62,859 nt of DNA from Cyanobacteria bacterium P01_A01_bin.123 (lineage in GTDB: Bacteria; Cyanobacteriota; Cyanobacteriia; Phormidesmidales; Phormidesmidaceae): the NCBI GenBank assembly GCA_039815185.1, contig JBCBZT010000045.1, positions 1 through 62,859 of the forward strand, written 5' to 3'. The notes beneath the pieces were generated by a model that was given only the letters and a program-made list of their open reading frames with translations, searched no databases and had not been told where the DNA came from. Positions 20,401-29,800 of the stretch are shown one piece after another; the stretch's first letter is position 1, and every line of letters begins with the position of its first letter. The position numbers and the translations under genes were made by a program.

Positions 20401-21938
20401 GGAACTGGTTTTTCTTCTAAGCTTCCACGAAACTTATCTTCTCTAAACACGGTTACACCTGTCTCTGGTCCTAACCGAATAGATGAGGTTTCATCCTGCA
20501 ATTCCTGAAAAGCAGAAAGGTTCGGATACTCACCAGAGAGATCTTTTTCAGTATCAGATAAAATCCAAGTTCTGCCGTGATAGGCAACATGTTGATACAA
20601 AGCCACCTCTCCAGGCGCTAGTTCACCTACCTGATTTTCATTGTCGGCCATTTTGGCCACACGGGCGAAAACAGCTCGCTTTTCTTCCTGGTCAGTCCAC
20701 TTAAAGGTGTTCTTTTCCCCCATCTCTAACCATTGATTCTTAGCCTGATTAACGATAGCAAACTCACCACTCAAAGGCTGTAGCTCCTCAACAAAAAGCG
20801 GAATAGCCTCCGTCTCAGGAGCCACTCTGAACAAAGTGTGTTCTTTGTTAGCGTCTTGGATCAGCTGAGTACGGGACTGATTTGACCGTTGTTGTAATTC
20901 AAAGAGTGCATTAAACGACCGCTTAGGCGATGTCATGAGCACAGATTTGATGTTTCTGAAGGGAGCGTTAATAAGACTTAGGAATTGGCCATTAGGTGCC
21001 TTGATTAACCACTTCCCGGTAAAGGGTTCTCCAATAGCTGAGCGAATGCGTACAGAGGCGGGAAAATCCTTTAATCGCGAGAGCTTAATATCTGGTAGAT
21101 CCGCGTAAAGCCTTTGGCCCGTGCCCCTAAAATCAGCCTTGTTAAATAGCGAAACTCTCGTATCCGGGCCGACTCTTAGCGTTTGAAACTCTTGTGAGAA
21201 ACGAGAGAGATCTTTAACATCTTTCCTGAGAATAACAGCAGCGCCATCGGTAGCCACTAACTCAATTTCACCTTCACTCAAGGGTCGATTTACAGGTGGA
21301 ATCAGGGCTTGAATTTCTGCGGTGTTGAGGGCCGCATGGTAGATGCGCAAGTCTTCGTATTGGGCGGTGGGCGTATGCCGGGTGTAATGACCCAGCTTCA
21401 CATCAACGGCCCGATTGATATTGGCGACCCCGGTTTTAGAGGCTCCGTCGGCCACTAGGGTGCCATCAAAGTAGACCTTGACGGTGCGCCCCTCTCTCAC
21501 TAGGGCGACGTGATGCCATTTCTTGTCAAATAAGTTCGATAAGCGAGGTGTTTTGGTGTTTGCGTGGTGCTTGCCTTTACTATTTTCGTTGACTGCAAAG
21601 GTCAATCGTCTGCCTTTGTCCTCAAGCCGTAATGAAAACCAGTTACCGTGTCCACTCATCGAGCGAGTACCGATGATATCCAGATCATCTTGACCCTGAA
21701 TATCCATGATCTTGATGCCAAACGTCACGGTGAAATCGCTGGTGCCGAATTGACCTAACTCAGGGCCAAAAACAATCCGCGACTCCCTGGAATTAAATCT
21801 AACGACACTGCCAATGCGGCCATGCCCGCCCCACGAAATAGTACGGTGGAATCGACCTTCGACGCCGGCGATCGCATCTCGCGCAATGCTTCCTTTTCTT
21901 TCGTTGAACTGCCAATGATAGTTAGGGTGAACAGCCAT
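17475..21938 (-). pseudogene. Large LamG + beta/gamma-crystallin + helical/hydrophobic C-terminal protein, interrupted by one in-frame TGA at 19659-19661
   Basis: ORFs 19659..22055 and 17475..19487 share a frame and the codons between them are open. LamG motif WHHVALVR and crystallin-like motifs (VALYQHVAYHG, SSIRLG) are present. ATG at 21938 has an AGGAGA RBS. Confidence 0.75.
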
Positions 21939-22084
21939 AAGATTTCTCCTGTTGAAGATTGTTGAAAATTGATACTTACGTTGTCTATTGCTGCCGTTAA
22001 GAGTCCAGAAATGCGTGTCTCGATTAACTCTATTAAATAGAGCAAAAGGCAACATTTAGGAGTATAAAAAAGTTGAGTTGTGGC

Positions 22085-22178
22085 TAAACCGCATCCGATT
22101 TGAAACCTGGATTAGGGGCGAGGGGCCTCTCGCCCCTGCGAAAGGAAAAACTCTGGATCTGAATGCGAACGCGGTTTA
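22085..22178 (+). mobile_element. About 94-bp MITE/REP-like element, copy 1
   Basis: Terminal inverted repeats TAAACCGC...GCGGTTTA with an internal AGGGGCGAG-GGGCCT-CTCGCCCCT hairpin. An inverted copy lies at 25725. Confidence 0.75.
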
Positions 22179-22210
22179 TCTTGTGTGACTAGGCCTGACG
22201 AAAACAGCCA

Positions 22211-25012
22211 TCAGGGGCAAGGGGCGACTCCCTCTGTACCCTCTACAAAGGCCTCATTGGTCTCAATATCAGCGGGGTTAAAGGTACCAAAATTCCTTGC
22301 GGTAACATTTGCACGGTCAAGTACTTGAAACTGACCTTCCCCATTGCTAAGGAATTCAAAGCCATCGCTACCAGGGGTGATAACAGTGTTATTGTCGAGT
22401 GCTAGGCAGAAGTCTGTATCAGCCGTGTGCTCAATTCGCACGCCATCAGCGCCAGGATTGGTAATCGTATTGTCGGTCACAGTCGCAGTGACGTTGGCAT
22501 TGTCTTCAATTAAGTTGAGTTCAATCCCGTCATCACCTGCATTGGTGATGATATTACCCGTCACTGTAATAGCCGCCGTGGTATTTTCTTGAATATCATT
22601 CAAGAAAATGCCTTCTTCCCCTACGTTCGAGATTTGATTGTTGAGGATGTTAATAGTGGCATTGGCACTGTCTTCGATAACGTCAAATTCTATGCCTTCT
22701 GTTCCAGCACCGAGAATGTTGTTATTGGCGATGGTGATATTTGACACGCTATCGTTTTCAATGTCATCAAAGAGAATGCCTTCTTCATTAGCAACTGTAA
22801 TCGTATTGTCGGTCACAGAAATGGTCGCGTTAGCACGGTTTTCAATGTTGTTAAACTCAATGCCTGTTTCATCACTGTTAATCTGATTGTCAGTAACTGT
22901 AATCGTCGCGATCGCATCATTTTCAATGTCATCAAATTCGATGCCCTCAAAGGGTACATTGCTAATTTGATTGTTGGCGACGGTAATGGTGACATTGGCA
23001 TTATTTTCAATATTGTCAAATTCTATGCCATCCCCCCCTGCGACAAGCGGATCCACATTTTCTGCATCAATCACATTCTCTGAGACCGTAATCGTGGCAA
23101 CAGCATTATCTTCAATATCATCAAAGAAAATACTGTCGAATTGAGCATCCGTAATTTGATTATTTGCCACCGTGATATTGGCGGTGGCGTCTCCCTCAAT
23201 GAGGCCAAATTCAATGCCCTCTGTACCAATTGTATTTAAGGTATTATTGGCGACGATCACTGTTGCATTATCTGTGCCGTCAATGGCACCAAAGCGTATG
23301 CCATCGTCAGCTGTATTCGAGATTTGATTGCGAACAATCGCCACCGTACCATCAATATCGGGCAGGTTAATCCCTACATTGGCATTGGTAATTGTATTGT
23401 CTTCAATCGCAATACCCTCACCATTGGCCACGATGCCATCTGCCCCAGCCGGATTGATTGCTAAGCCCGAGACCAATGTGTTGTTGCCAATAGTTGCAGT
23501 GCCGCTCACGGTCGGTAAGTTGCCGCTGCCAGATCCTGGCAATATCGCTTCCCCAAACTGAGTATCTAAAAGTTGGGTAGGCCCCACTGAGCGCACTTCT
23601 ACCCCGTCTGGCAGCGTAAAGGCACCGCCCGCATCACCCGCCTGTACATAAATAATGTTGTCGGCATTGGCTGTGGTAATAGTAGTGGCATTGGCAATGG
23701 TATCGACAGGCGCTTCAAACGTACCCGCTGCTGCGGCTTCGCCTGTGGTCGGGTCTACATGATGGAAAACATAGACCTGGCCTGTCTCTGGGTTAATAGC
23801 GATGACATCTGTTTGCGGAATAGAAACATCCACTTGGTTTTCTACCAAAACAGTGTTGGTACGGGCAATGGGTTCTCCTGCTCTAGCCCACAGCCGCGCT
23901 TGCGAATTCTCTTCCGTATTGGCTGGACGTTGCGCTGGGGCTCCTAGCAACGCACTCACTGAAAAGATCGCGTTCGTGCCAAACACCCCGTCATTTTGTA
24001 TGCCGAGACCAAAGCGCAAATTGTTTTGCAAGCGATAGTCCAGCGAGGCCCGAACACCCAAACTCTCTTGAGAGGCCGCTCCACCCAAATAATACACACC
24101 GCCTCGCCCCCACAAGCTGCTGCCTTCACCAAAGTCGAACAGCTCAAGGCCACTGTCGAGTGACACGGTGGTCAGGGCAGCTTGTATCTGGTCAACTCGC
24201 TGCTCATCAATCAACAATTGATTATTGACAAACTGAGGGTTTACAGCCTGGCTTTCGGTGGCAACGACCTGACGGGCATTGCCCAAAGGCAGGTTGGCAT
24301 TGAACGTTAAGTCCCAGTTCTCGCCTAGTAGCTCAGTGCCAACACCCGCTTGGGTAAAGGTGCGATTCTCCCCTGGAGAGGCTACGCCATCGCCCGTATT
24401 GCGAGCATCTAGCCCAGCATAAGCGCCCCATATTGTGCTGTCGTTTAGCAGGGTTCGGTAGCCAGCTTGCAAGCCACCGCCGAAGTTGCCGGTGTTATCT
24501 ATACTTACACGACCATCAATAAAGGTGACATTTTGCCCCGGCGTTTGAAACACAGGGAGAAAACCGCCAAAGCTAGTAAAGCCCGTAAAGGCAGCACCTT
24601 CGGTATGGTTGAGATTGAAGAAGGGTTCCAGACGGAGCGCAGCAGCGCCTGTCTCTGTTGGGATTGTTTCTGGGGTAAGGGTCTGGGCTTGATCAGTCTG
24701 AGTTTGAGCGATCTGATCGGCAGCAACCGGTATGGCGATTGCTTCAGCTGAAATAGCCAATACACTCGCTAAAGATAAGCAATAACTCAGACATCGCTTA
24801 ACGCCTGTATTGCCAATAGTCCGTAGCTTTTGAAAACGTTTCGAGAGACGAGATCGATCTTTAACATCCTGTGTGGAGATAGTAGCGGCACCATTGGTAG
24901 CCACCAGCTCAATTTCATCTTCACGCAAGGGTCGAACACCGATTACGGTATCCACTGCTCTTGTGCCTTGTCTTTCGTTAAACTGCCAATGATATTTAGA
25001 TTGAACTGTCAT
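22211..25012 (-). CDS. Outer-membrane inverse-autotransporter-like beta-barrel plus right-handed parallel beta-helix repeat protein, with chimeric N-terminus
   Basis: Hydrophobic signal-like segment, barrel motifs (GLQAGYR, WGAYAGLD, GVGTELLG) and about 28-aa repeats NNQIxNxxxxGIxFxxIExNAxAxITV. ATG at 25012 has an AGGAGA RBS. Confidence 0.8.
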   Translation of the reverse strand: MTVQSKYHWQFNERQGTRAVDTVIGVRPLREDEIELVATNGAATISTQDVKDRSRLSKRFQKLRTIGNTGVKRCLSYCLSLASVLAISAEAIAIPVAADQIAQTQTDQAQTLTPETIPTETGAAALRLEPFFNLNHTEGAAFTGFTSFGGFLPVFQTPGQNVTFIDGRVSIDNTGNFGGGLQAGYRTLLNDSTIWGAYAGLDARNTGDGVASPGENRTFTQAGVGTELLGENWDLTFNANLPLGNARQVVATESQAVNPQFVNNQLLIDEQRVDQIQAALTTVSLDSGLELFDFGEGSSLWGRGGVYYLGGAASQESLGVRASLDYRLQNNLRFGLGIQNDGVFGTNAIFSVSALLGAPAQRPANTEENSQARLWARAGEPIARTNTVLVENQVDVSIPQTDVIAINPETGQVYVFHHVDPTTGEAAAAGTFEAPVDTIANATTITTANADNIIYVQAGDAGGAFTLPDGVEVRSVGPTQLLDTQFGEAILPGSGSGNLPTVSGTATIGNNTLVSGLAINPAGADGIVANGEGIAIEDNTITNANVGINLPDIDGTVAIVRNQISNTADDGIRFGAIDGTDNATVIVANNTLNTIGTEGIEFGLIEGDATANITVANNQITDAQFDSIFFDDIEDNAVATITVSENVIDAENVDPLVAGGDGIEFDNIENNANVTITVANNQISNVPFEGIEFDDIENDAIATITVTDNQINSDETGIEFNNIENRANATISVTDNTITVANEEGILFDDIENDSVSNITIANNNILGAGTEGIEFDVIEDSANATINILNNQISNVGEEGIFLNDIQENTTAAITVTGNIITNAGDDGIELNLIEDNANVTATVTDNTITNPGADGVRIEHTADTDFCLALDNNTVITPGSDGFEFLSNGEGQFQVLDRANVTARNFGTFNPADIETNEAFVEGTEGVAPCP

Positions 25013-25210
25013 AGGATTTCTCCTGTCGTGAAGAACTAATACTTGAAAAAAAATCTGCGCACCCTTTTTGAGCATTGAAATAAATCAGAGAGCCACGCCT
25101 CCCAAACACTCTCAATAGAGATATCGGCACACTAAAATGTCCCTGATTAGAAATCAGGAGAATTGTTGCAGATATTCTTATTAAGAAAAGAACTAAAAAA
25201 TAAACAGGGA

Positions 25211-25317
25211 ATTATAGCGTTGGCCAGCTTACTTAATACATCAAGCATCGCTGGGATACTGATTTCAAAAGCAATCTAGCTCGCAGTCGTGTCCTAGCCA
25301 GACTGACGACTGCTATA
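25211..25317. repeat. 107-bp direct repeat, copy A (self-complementary)
   Basis: Ungapped match to 25601-25707 with 20 mismatches by manual count. Confidence 0.85.
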
Positions 25318-25394
25318 CTCTCCTATGGCAGACTTACAAGTAGCACCCTCATGAGCAAAGCTCAACAAGACCGTAATTGGTCGTTATTTATAGA

Positions 25395-25419
25395 TACGAA
25401 TAATGTTCAAAGTTGGATG
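25395..25419 (-). promoter_or_regulatory. Putative ECF (SigK-like) promoter CATCC-N16-CGTA
   Basis: Minus strand CATCC aactttgaacattatt CGTA. The same architecture recurs at 25564-25588, next to an ECF sigma/anti-sigma pair. Confidence 0.6.
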
Positions 25420-25563
25420 ACTTTATTTTGAAACTTGCTAGATAGTTTTTGTCTATTGAGATATTTAGACAGCTCATCATAGAACAAGCGTCTCTTAACT
25501 AAACCTGCCAAATCCAACGTGAACCTCCTCGTATCGATCAACATTTATCTGTCTGACTATCAA

Positions 25564-25588
25564 TACGAATGAGGTTTTGATTTGGATG
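25564..25588 (-). promoter_or_regulatory. Putative ECF (SigK-like) promoter CATCC-N16-CGTA
   Basis: Minus strand CATCC aaatcaaaacctcatt CGTA. Confidence 0.6.
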
Positions 25589-25600
25589 AAAATTTTTCAA

Positions 25601-25707
25601 ATTATCGCGCTGGCCAGATCGCTTAATGCATCAAGTGTCGCTGGGATGCTGAGTCCACAGGCAATCTGGCTCGCAGTCTTGCCCTAACCGGACTGGCGAC
25701 TGCGATA
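25601..25707. repeat. 107-bp direct repeat, copy B
   Basis: Matches copy A. Its ends TATCGC/GCGATA pair. Confidence 0.85.
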
Positions 25708-25724
25708 TCTTCAAAGCCCTGATC

Positions 25725-25817
25725 TAAACTGCGTCTAGATCCAGATCCACGTTTTTTTCTTCGCAGGGGCGAGAGGCCCCTCGCCCCTAATCCAGGTTTC
25801 CAATTGGATGTGGTTTA
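25725..25817 (-). mobile_element. About 93-bp MITE/REP-like element, copy 2 (inverted)
   Basis: Reverse complement closely matches 22085-22178. Its end supplies the TAA stop of the anti-sigma gene. Confidence 0.75.
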
Positions 25818-26576
25818 TATCGTTTCAGCGACGATCGGTCCAGTGGGTTGCGCCGGTAAATCAGCAGGTTCAACCGTGACGATCACATCTGTAACCCAGG
25901 GCCTAGACTGATAAACGGGCGGCATTGGCAAAGTTGCGAAAACGGTACCCTCTTGATCCGTTTGAAATTCACCGCAGGGAATATACCGGCCCTGGTGACG
26001 AACCCAAAGGGCATAGGTTTGATCGATGGATAGGGGGGGTAGATCTTGAAATGCGATCGCAGCCCTCAAGCCTTCCGTATCGACAATCATGCTGCCGTTG
26101 GCAGCGGTGGCCCTATCGGTACCTTCAAAGTCATAAAAGCGGGTGGAAGGCTGTTGTAAAATTAGCTGGGCTTGCTGAGCAGGCATCAACGCTAACAGTT
26201 TCTGCTGTAGCTGTTGATTAGCCAATCGTAAGCGATAGTTATTCAAGCCTAGCGCCAGCGATAGCACCGTTGCGCCAGTCGCAATGGCTCCCAACACCCA
26301 GGCCCAGGGCGAACACTGAGGTTGCAAACCAGGCATCTCAGCCCTGGCCAGAATCGTCTCTCGTAACTGGGGAGGCGGTGCCATCATGGACAGCTCATTT
26401 AGAACTAAGCCAACCGTTTTTTCCAGCCGGTTTACCTCTATCCGCAGTTCAGGATGGTCAATCATCAGACGAGCAAATTCATCCGCTTCTGTGACTGAGA
26501 GGTTGCCAGCCGCATAGTCAGCGGCGAATTCATCCATTTTTCGTTGAGAAGCCATAGGACAGAGGTCGGTAATCAA
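25815..26576 (-). CDS. RskA-family anti-sigma factor
   Basis: AADYAAGNLS, APPPQLRETIL, a TM segment, LPPL...YALW and VTVEP...PTGP. Confidence 0.9.
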   Translation of the reverse strand: MITDLCPMASQRKMDEFAADYAAGNLSVTEADEFARLMIDHPELRIEVNRLEKTVGLVLNELSMMAPPPQLRETILARAEMPGLQPQCSPWAWVLGAIATGATVLSLALGLNNYRLRLANQQLQQKLLALMPAQQAQLILQQPSTRFYDFEGTDRATAANGSMIVDTEGLRAAIAFQDLPPLSIDQTYALWVRHQGRYIPCGEFQTDQEGTVFATLPMPPVYQSRPWVTDVIVTVEPADLPAQPTGPIVAETI

Positions 26577-26596
26577 TCAAAGACCAGGAACATCAG

Positions 26597-27184
26597 CTAA
26601 TCGGCCAAATCTTGGAGCGTCCCTTTGAGCTTGAGTAAGCCCTGACGCATGCGCGACTTGATGGTCCCTAAAGGAATATTCGTATGACTGGCAATTTCGG
26701 ATTGGCTAAATCCGTGATAGTAAGCCAGCCACAACAGCGATCGCTGCTTTTCGGGCAAGGCTTGTAGGGCTTCACGGACGCGTTGCGATCGCTCTCCCTG
26801 AGACGCCTGCACTTCGGGTAGCGAAAATGCATCCACTGCTGGAACCTGGGGGGTGAGCCCTTTGAGAATCCGCCGTCGGTTACCGTGAGCACGCACGCGA
26901 TCGATGGCCCGATTGCGCGTGACGGTACTTAAAAAACGGCTGAGGGAGCTACGGTTAGGGTCATAGGCCGGCTTCTGCCAAAGATTCAGAAAAATTTCTT
27001 GAGTCAAATCTTCAGCTTCTGGACCGCTGTTTAAGATACGAAAGGCAATCGTGTAAACCAACCGCGAGTAGCGATCATACAAAACCGCTAATGCTGACTT
27101 ATTTCCCTGTTTCAGGGCCAAAAACAATGCTGCATCTGTATCGTCTCCCCAATCTGGAGATTGACTTGGACGAGAGAGAGGCAT
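26597..27184 (-). CDS. ECF RNA polymerase sigma factor (SigK-like)
   Basis: LYDRY, AEDLTQEIF, RNRAID and YYHGFSQSEIA...PLGTIKSR. Cotranscribed with the RskA-like gene. Confidence 0.93.
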   Translation of the reverse strand: MPLSRPSQSPDWGDDTDAALFLALKQGNKSALAVLYDRYSRLVYTIAFRILNSGPEAEDLTQEIFLNLWQKPAYDPNRSSLSRFLSTVTRNRAIDRVRAHGNRRRILKGLTPQVPAVDAFSLPEVQASQGERSQRVREALQALPEKQRSLLWLAYYHGFSQSEIASHTNIPLGTIKSRMRQGLLKLKGTLQDLAD

Positions 27185-27559
27185 GGGCTAAGAACCAATC
27201 GAAGGTGAAAACATAAGGAACCAGAAGCAGTTTTTCTAAAGGAAGTTGATCTATCGATGACAACAACGCATTCTATGAGAATGCGTGGACAGATAACTCA
27301 AACAGCTTTTTAGTATAAATTGAAAAGCCACCTTACTTGGAAAGTGACGCCAGCGATCATAGATTCAAAGTGTATTTTTTGATACACCACTCTGCAATCT
27401 AGTCGCAATCGACTAGGTTGGATTAAAACGCCAATTTGGAATGGGACGATTCTCGATTCAGTTCAGGCTACCTGGCAAGGGGCTAGCAAATGATGTGTAA
27501 AGCATAAAAAATGAGTACCGGAAAACTTCACATGAAGTAGTTTTCACGACCGCGTACCT

Positions 27560-28240
27560 TTAGCAAATATTCTGGGGCCAAAATTGACTGGCATACACAG
27601 CCGCTTGAGTTCGATCGCGCAGTTGAAGTTGACTCAAAATACTGGTGACATGGTTCCGGACAGTCCGTTCTGAGATAAAGAGTTTTCCTCCAATTTCGCG
27701 ATTACTGAGGCCTGCAACAATCAATTGGAGAATTTCTTGTTCACGGGGAGAAAGCGATCGCAACTTTGAGGGAAGCGTGGTTTCAGAGGCGGCAGGAAAC
27801 GTTTCTAGTGTCTGAGAAGAACCTAATGTTTTTTCAAAAAGGCCAGGTCCCATGTGAGTATAGCCTTGATAAACCGCTCGAATAGCAATCACTAATTCGT
27901 GAATGGGTGTTTGTTTGAGCAGATAACCTTTAGCCCCCCAACGCATGGCTTGCTGTACGTATTCGGTATCATCAAATGTAGTTAGCACCAGGATTTTCAC
28001 CGCTGGAAAGTCAGCACAGATTTGTTTTGTTGCAGCCACACCATCCACTTCAGGCATCCGGATATCCATCAAAATCACATCGGGTTGATTTGGGGTGTCG
28101 TAGAGTGTCTGCACTTGATCAATCGCCTGCTGACCATGAGCGGCATCGCCCACCACCTGTAAATCAGGTTGATTTGCCAGCAGATTGGCCAAGCCTTGTC
28201 GAATAATGGTTTGGTCATCCACCAGTAAGACGCGAATCAT
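27560..28240 (-). CDS. NarL/LuxR family response regulator
   Basis: MIRVLLVDD, DVILMD, LTTF and a LuxR HTH (LSNREI...RDRTQA). Confidence 0.95.
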   Translation of the reverse strand: MIRVLLVDDQTIIRQGLANLLANQPDLQVVGDAAHGQQAIDQVQTLYDTPNQPDVILMDIRMPEVDGVAATKQICADFPAVKILVLTTFDDTEYVQQAMRWGAKGYLLKQTPIHELVIAIRAVYQGYTHMGPGLFEKTLGSSQTLETFPAASETTLPSKLRSLSPREQEILQLIVAGLSNREIGGKLFISERTVRNHVTSILSQLQLRDRTQAAVYASQFWPQNIC

Positions 28241-28253
28241 CGCTTTTGCCTCC

Positions 28254-29633
28254 TTAGCTTTCCCCATCAATCCATCTCTGAGCAGGATACGTTAGAGGCT
28301 TTGGGAGGGGCAAAATCACACTAATGCGGCAGCCAGCCCCGGGGGAACTCCAGATTTGACAGGTTCCACCCAGGGCGATCGCCCGTTCTTTCATTCCCCG
28401 TAAGCCGAACCCTGTCGTGTTTTTGCTGGGGTCAAACCCCTTGCCATTATCCAGCACTTGCACATAAAGGCTGGTCGGTTTAGTGGGCGATTTGGTGGAT
28501 AGCTTTACAGATAGCTGGGTCGCTTGAGCGTGTTTCACAACATTGGTGAGTGCTTCTTGCACAATCCGGTAGGCGGCCAGGCTAAGTTCATTAGACAGCG
28601 GCGTGGTGATAGTAATCTCACACGCTGGCGCCATTGGAGTAGATTGACAGGCCTTATCAACCAACTCGGTCATCGCAGCCTGCAAAGGTTTATCGGGTTT
28701 GGGGGAGTCGCGCAGGGCCGCAACGGCTCGGGAAACATCTTTGAGGGCCTGATAAGCCGAATCTTTGGCTTCAAAGAGATAAGATTTCGCCCGTGCACCA
28801 TCTTGCTCCCAAAATAAAAGCACGTTTTCCAGCAAGATCGTTTGAGCCGTCAGGGAATGTCCAAGTGAGTCATGGATTTCGCGGGCGATGCGATTGCGTT
28901 CTTGCAATGCTGCCTGACCTTCAACCTTAAGCGCATATTGTTGTAGCTGAGCATGGGCGATCTCCAGCTTCTGTTGACTCTTGTGGACACTGAGCAAGGC
29001 ATCTACCAGTAAGACAACAAAGAGTAGTAGCAGGGTAAAGAGAATGATGCTGTTGGTGTGAAGCAAACTTATTTGCCAGGACTCAGGCGTCGATAAAAGC
29101 TGGGTCAGCAGGTCTTGATTGATGGACGTTTTGTCCAACGTTAGTGATGCAAATAGCGGCACGCTTAAGGTAAGACTGGCAATCACTAATCGCCCCTGAG
29201 TTTGAAAGATTTGGCAGCCGCGGATCATGATGACCAGTCCCAAAAACGGAATCATCCGAATGATCAGCGGATGATCAAGGCAAAGCATCACCAAAATACC
29301 GAAGAGGCTGAGTTCGATTGCACTGTAAAGAACCTTAACCCAGAGCCGAGCTAGCGGCAGGTACAGACCCATGACGCCAATCAAACCAAACAGGAGAAGT
29401 TCTGGCCAGGGGACCCAAAACGCCTGATGGAGAACCATTGCAGTAATGCTGACCAACGCCCCCATGCTGAGTAAAATACACTCAACAAATAGCAGTAAGC
29501 GCAAGGGTCTGGCATCTGTGCAATTGGGGGATAGCCGAGAAGATAAATTCAGTACCATTTCAGCTTCGACTCTTAACACAGGTTTCTGGTGTTGCTGATC
29601 TTCGGGATAATTCCATCTGAAAGATGCTGTCAT
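28254..29633 (-). CDS. HisKA_3 sensor histidine kinase
   Basis: N-terminal TMs, ERNRIAREIHDSLGH, QEALTNVVKHA, DNGKGF and GFGLRGMKER. Confidence 0.94.
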   Translation of the reverse strand: MTASFRWNYPEDQQHQKPVLRVEAEMVLNLSSRLSPNCTDARPLRLLLFVECILLSMGALVSITAMVLHQAFWVPWPELLLFGLIGVMGLYLPLARLWVKVLYSAIELSLFGILVMLCLDHPLIIRMIPFLGLVIMIRGCQIFQTQGRLVIASLTLSVPLFASLTLDKTSINQDLLTQLLSTPESWQISLLHTNSIILFTLLLLFVVLLVDALLSVHKSQQKLEIAHAQLQQYALKVEGQAALQERNRIAREIHDSLGHSLTAQTILLENVLLFWEQDGARAKSYLFEAKDSAYQALKDVSRAVAALRDSPKPDKPLQAAMTELVDKACQSTPMAPACEITITTPLSNELSLAAYRIVQEALTNVVKHAQATQLSVKLSTKSPTKPTSLYVQVLDNGKGFDPSKNTTGFGLRGMKERAIALGGTCQIWSSPGAGCRISVILPLPKPLTYPAQRWIDGES

Positions 29634-29800
29634 ATGACATATCTAACCGATCGGTTTATCTCCTAAATCAGCAACAGCGGATTTCTCTCTGATCTTCAGG
29701 AGGGTATTGCTTAAAATAATCCCTAATTTATCATTGCGAAATTGGGGCCGCCCAGTCACGCAAGTCCTAATTCTCTGTGACTTGTCGTAGGACAATACTC

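Noticed and set aside
25511..25533. Third ECF promoter on the + strand (AATCC...CGTA)
   Set aside because: The spacer is 14 nt rather than 16 and the -35 element is imperfect.
25211..25707. CRISPR array or DGR template/variable repeat
   Set aside because: There are only two 107-bp copies, neither lies in an ORF, mismatches are not confined to adenines, and there is no repeat-spacer periodicity.
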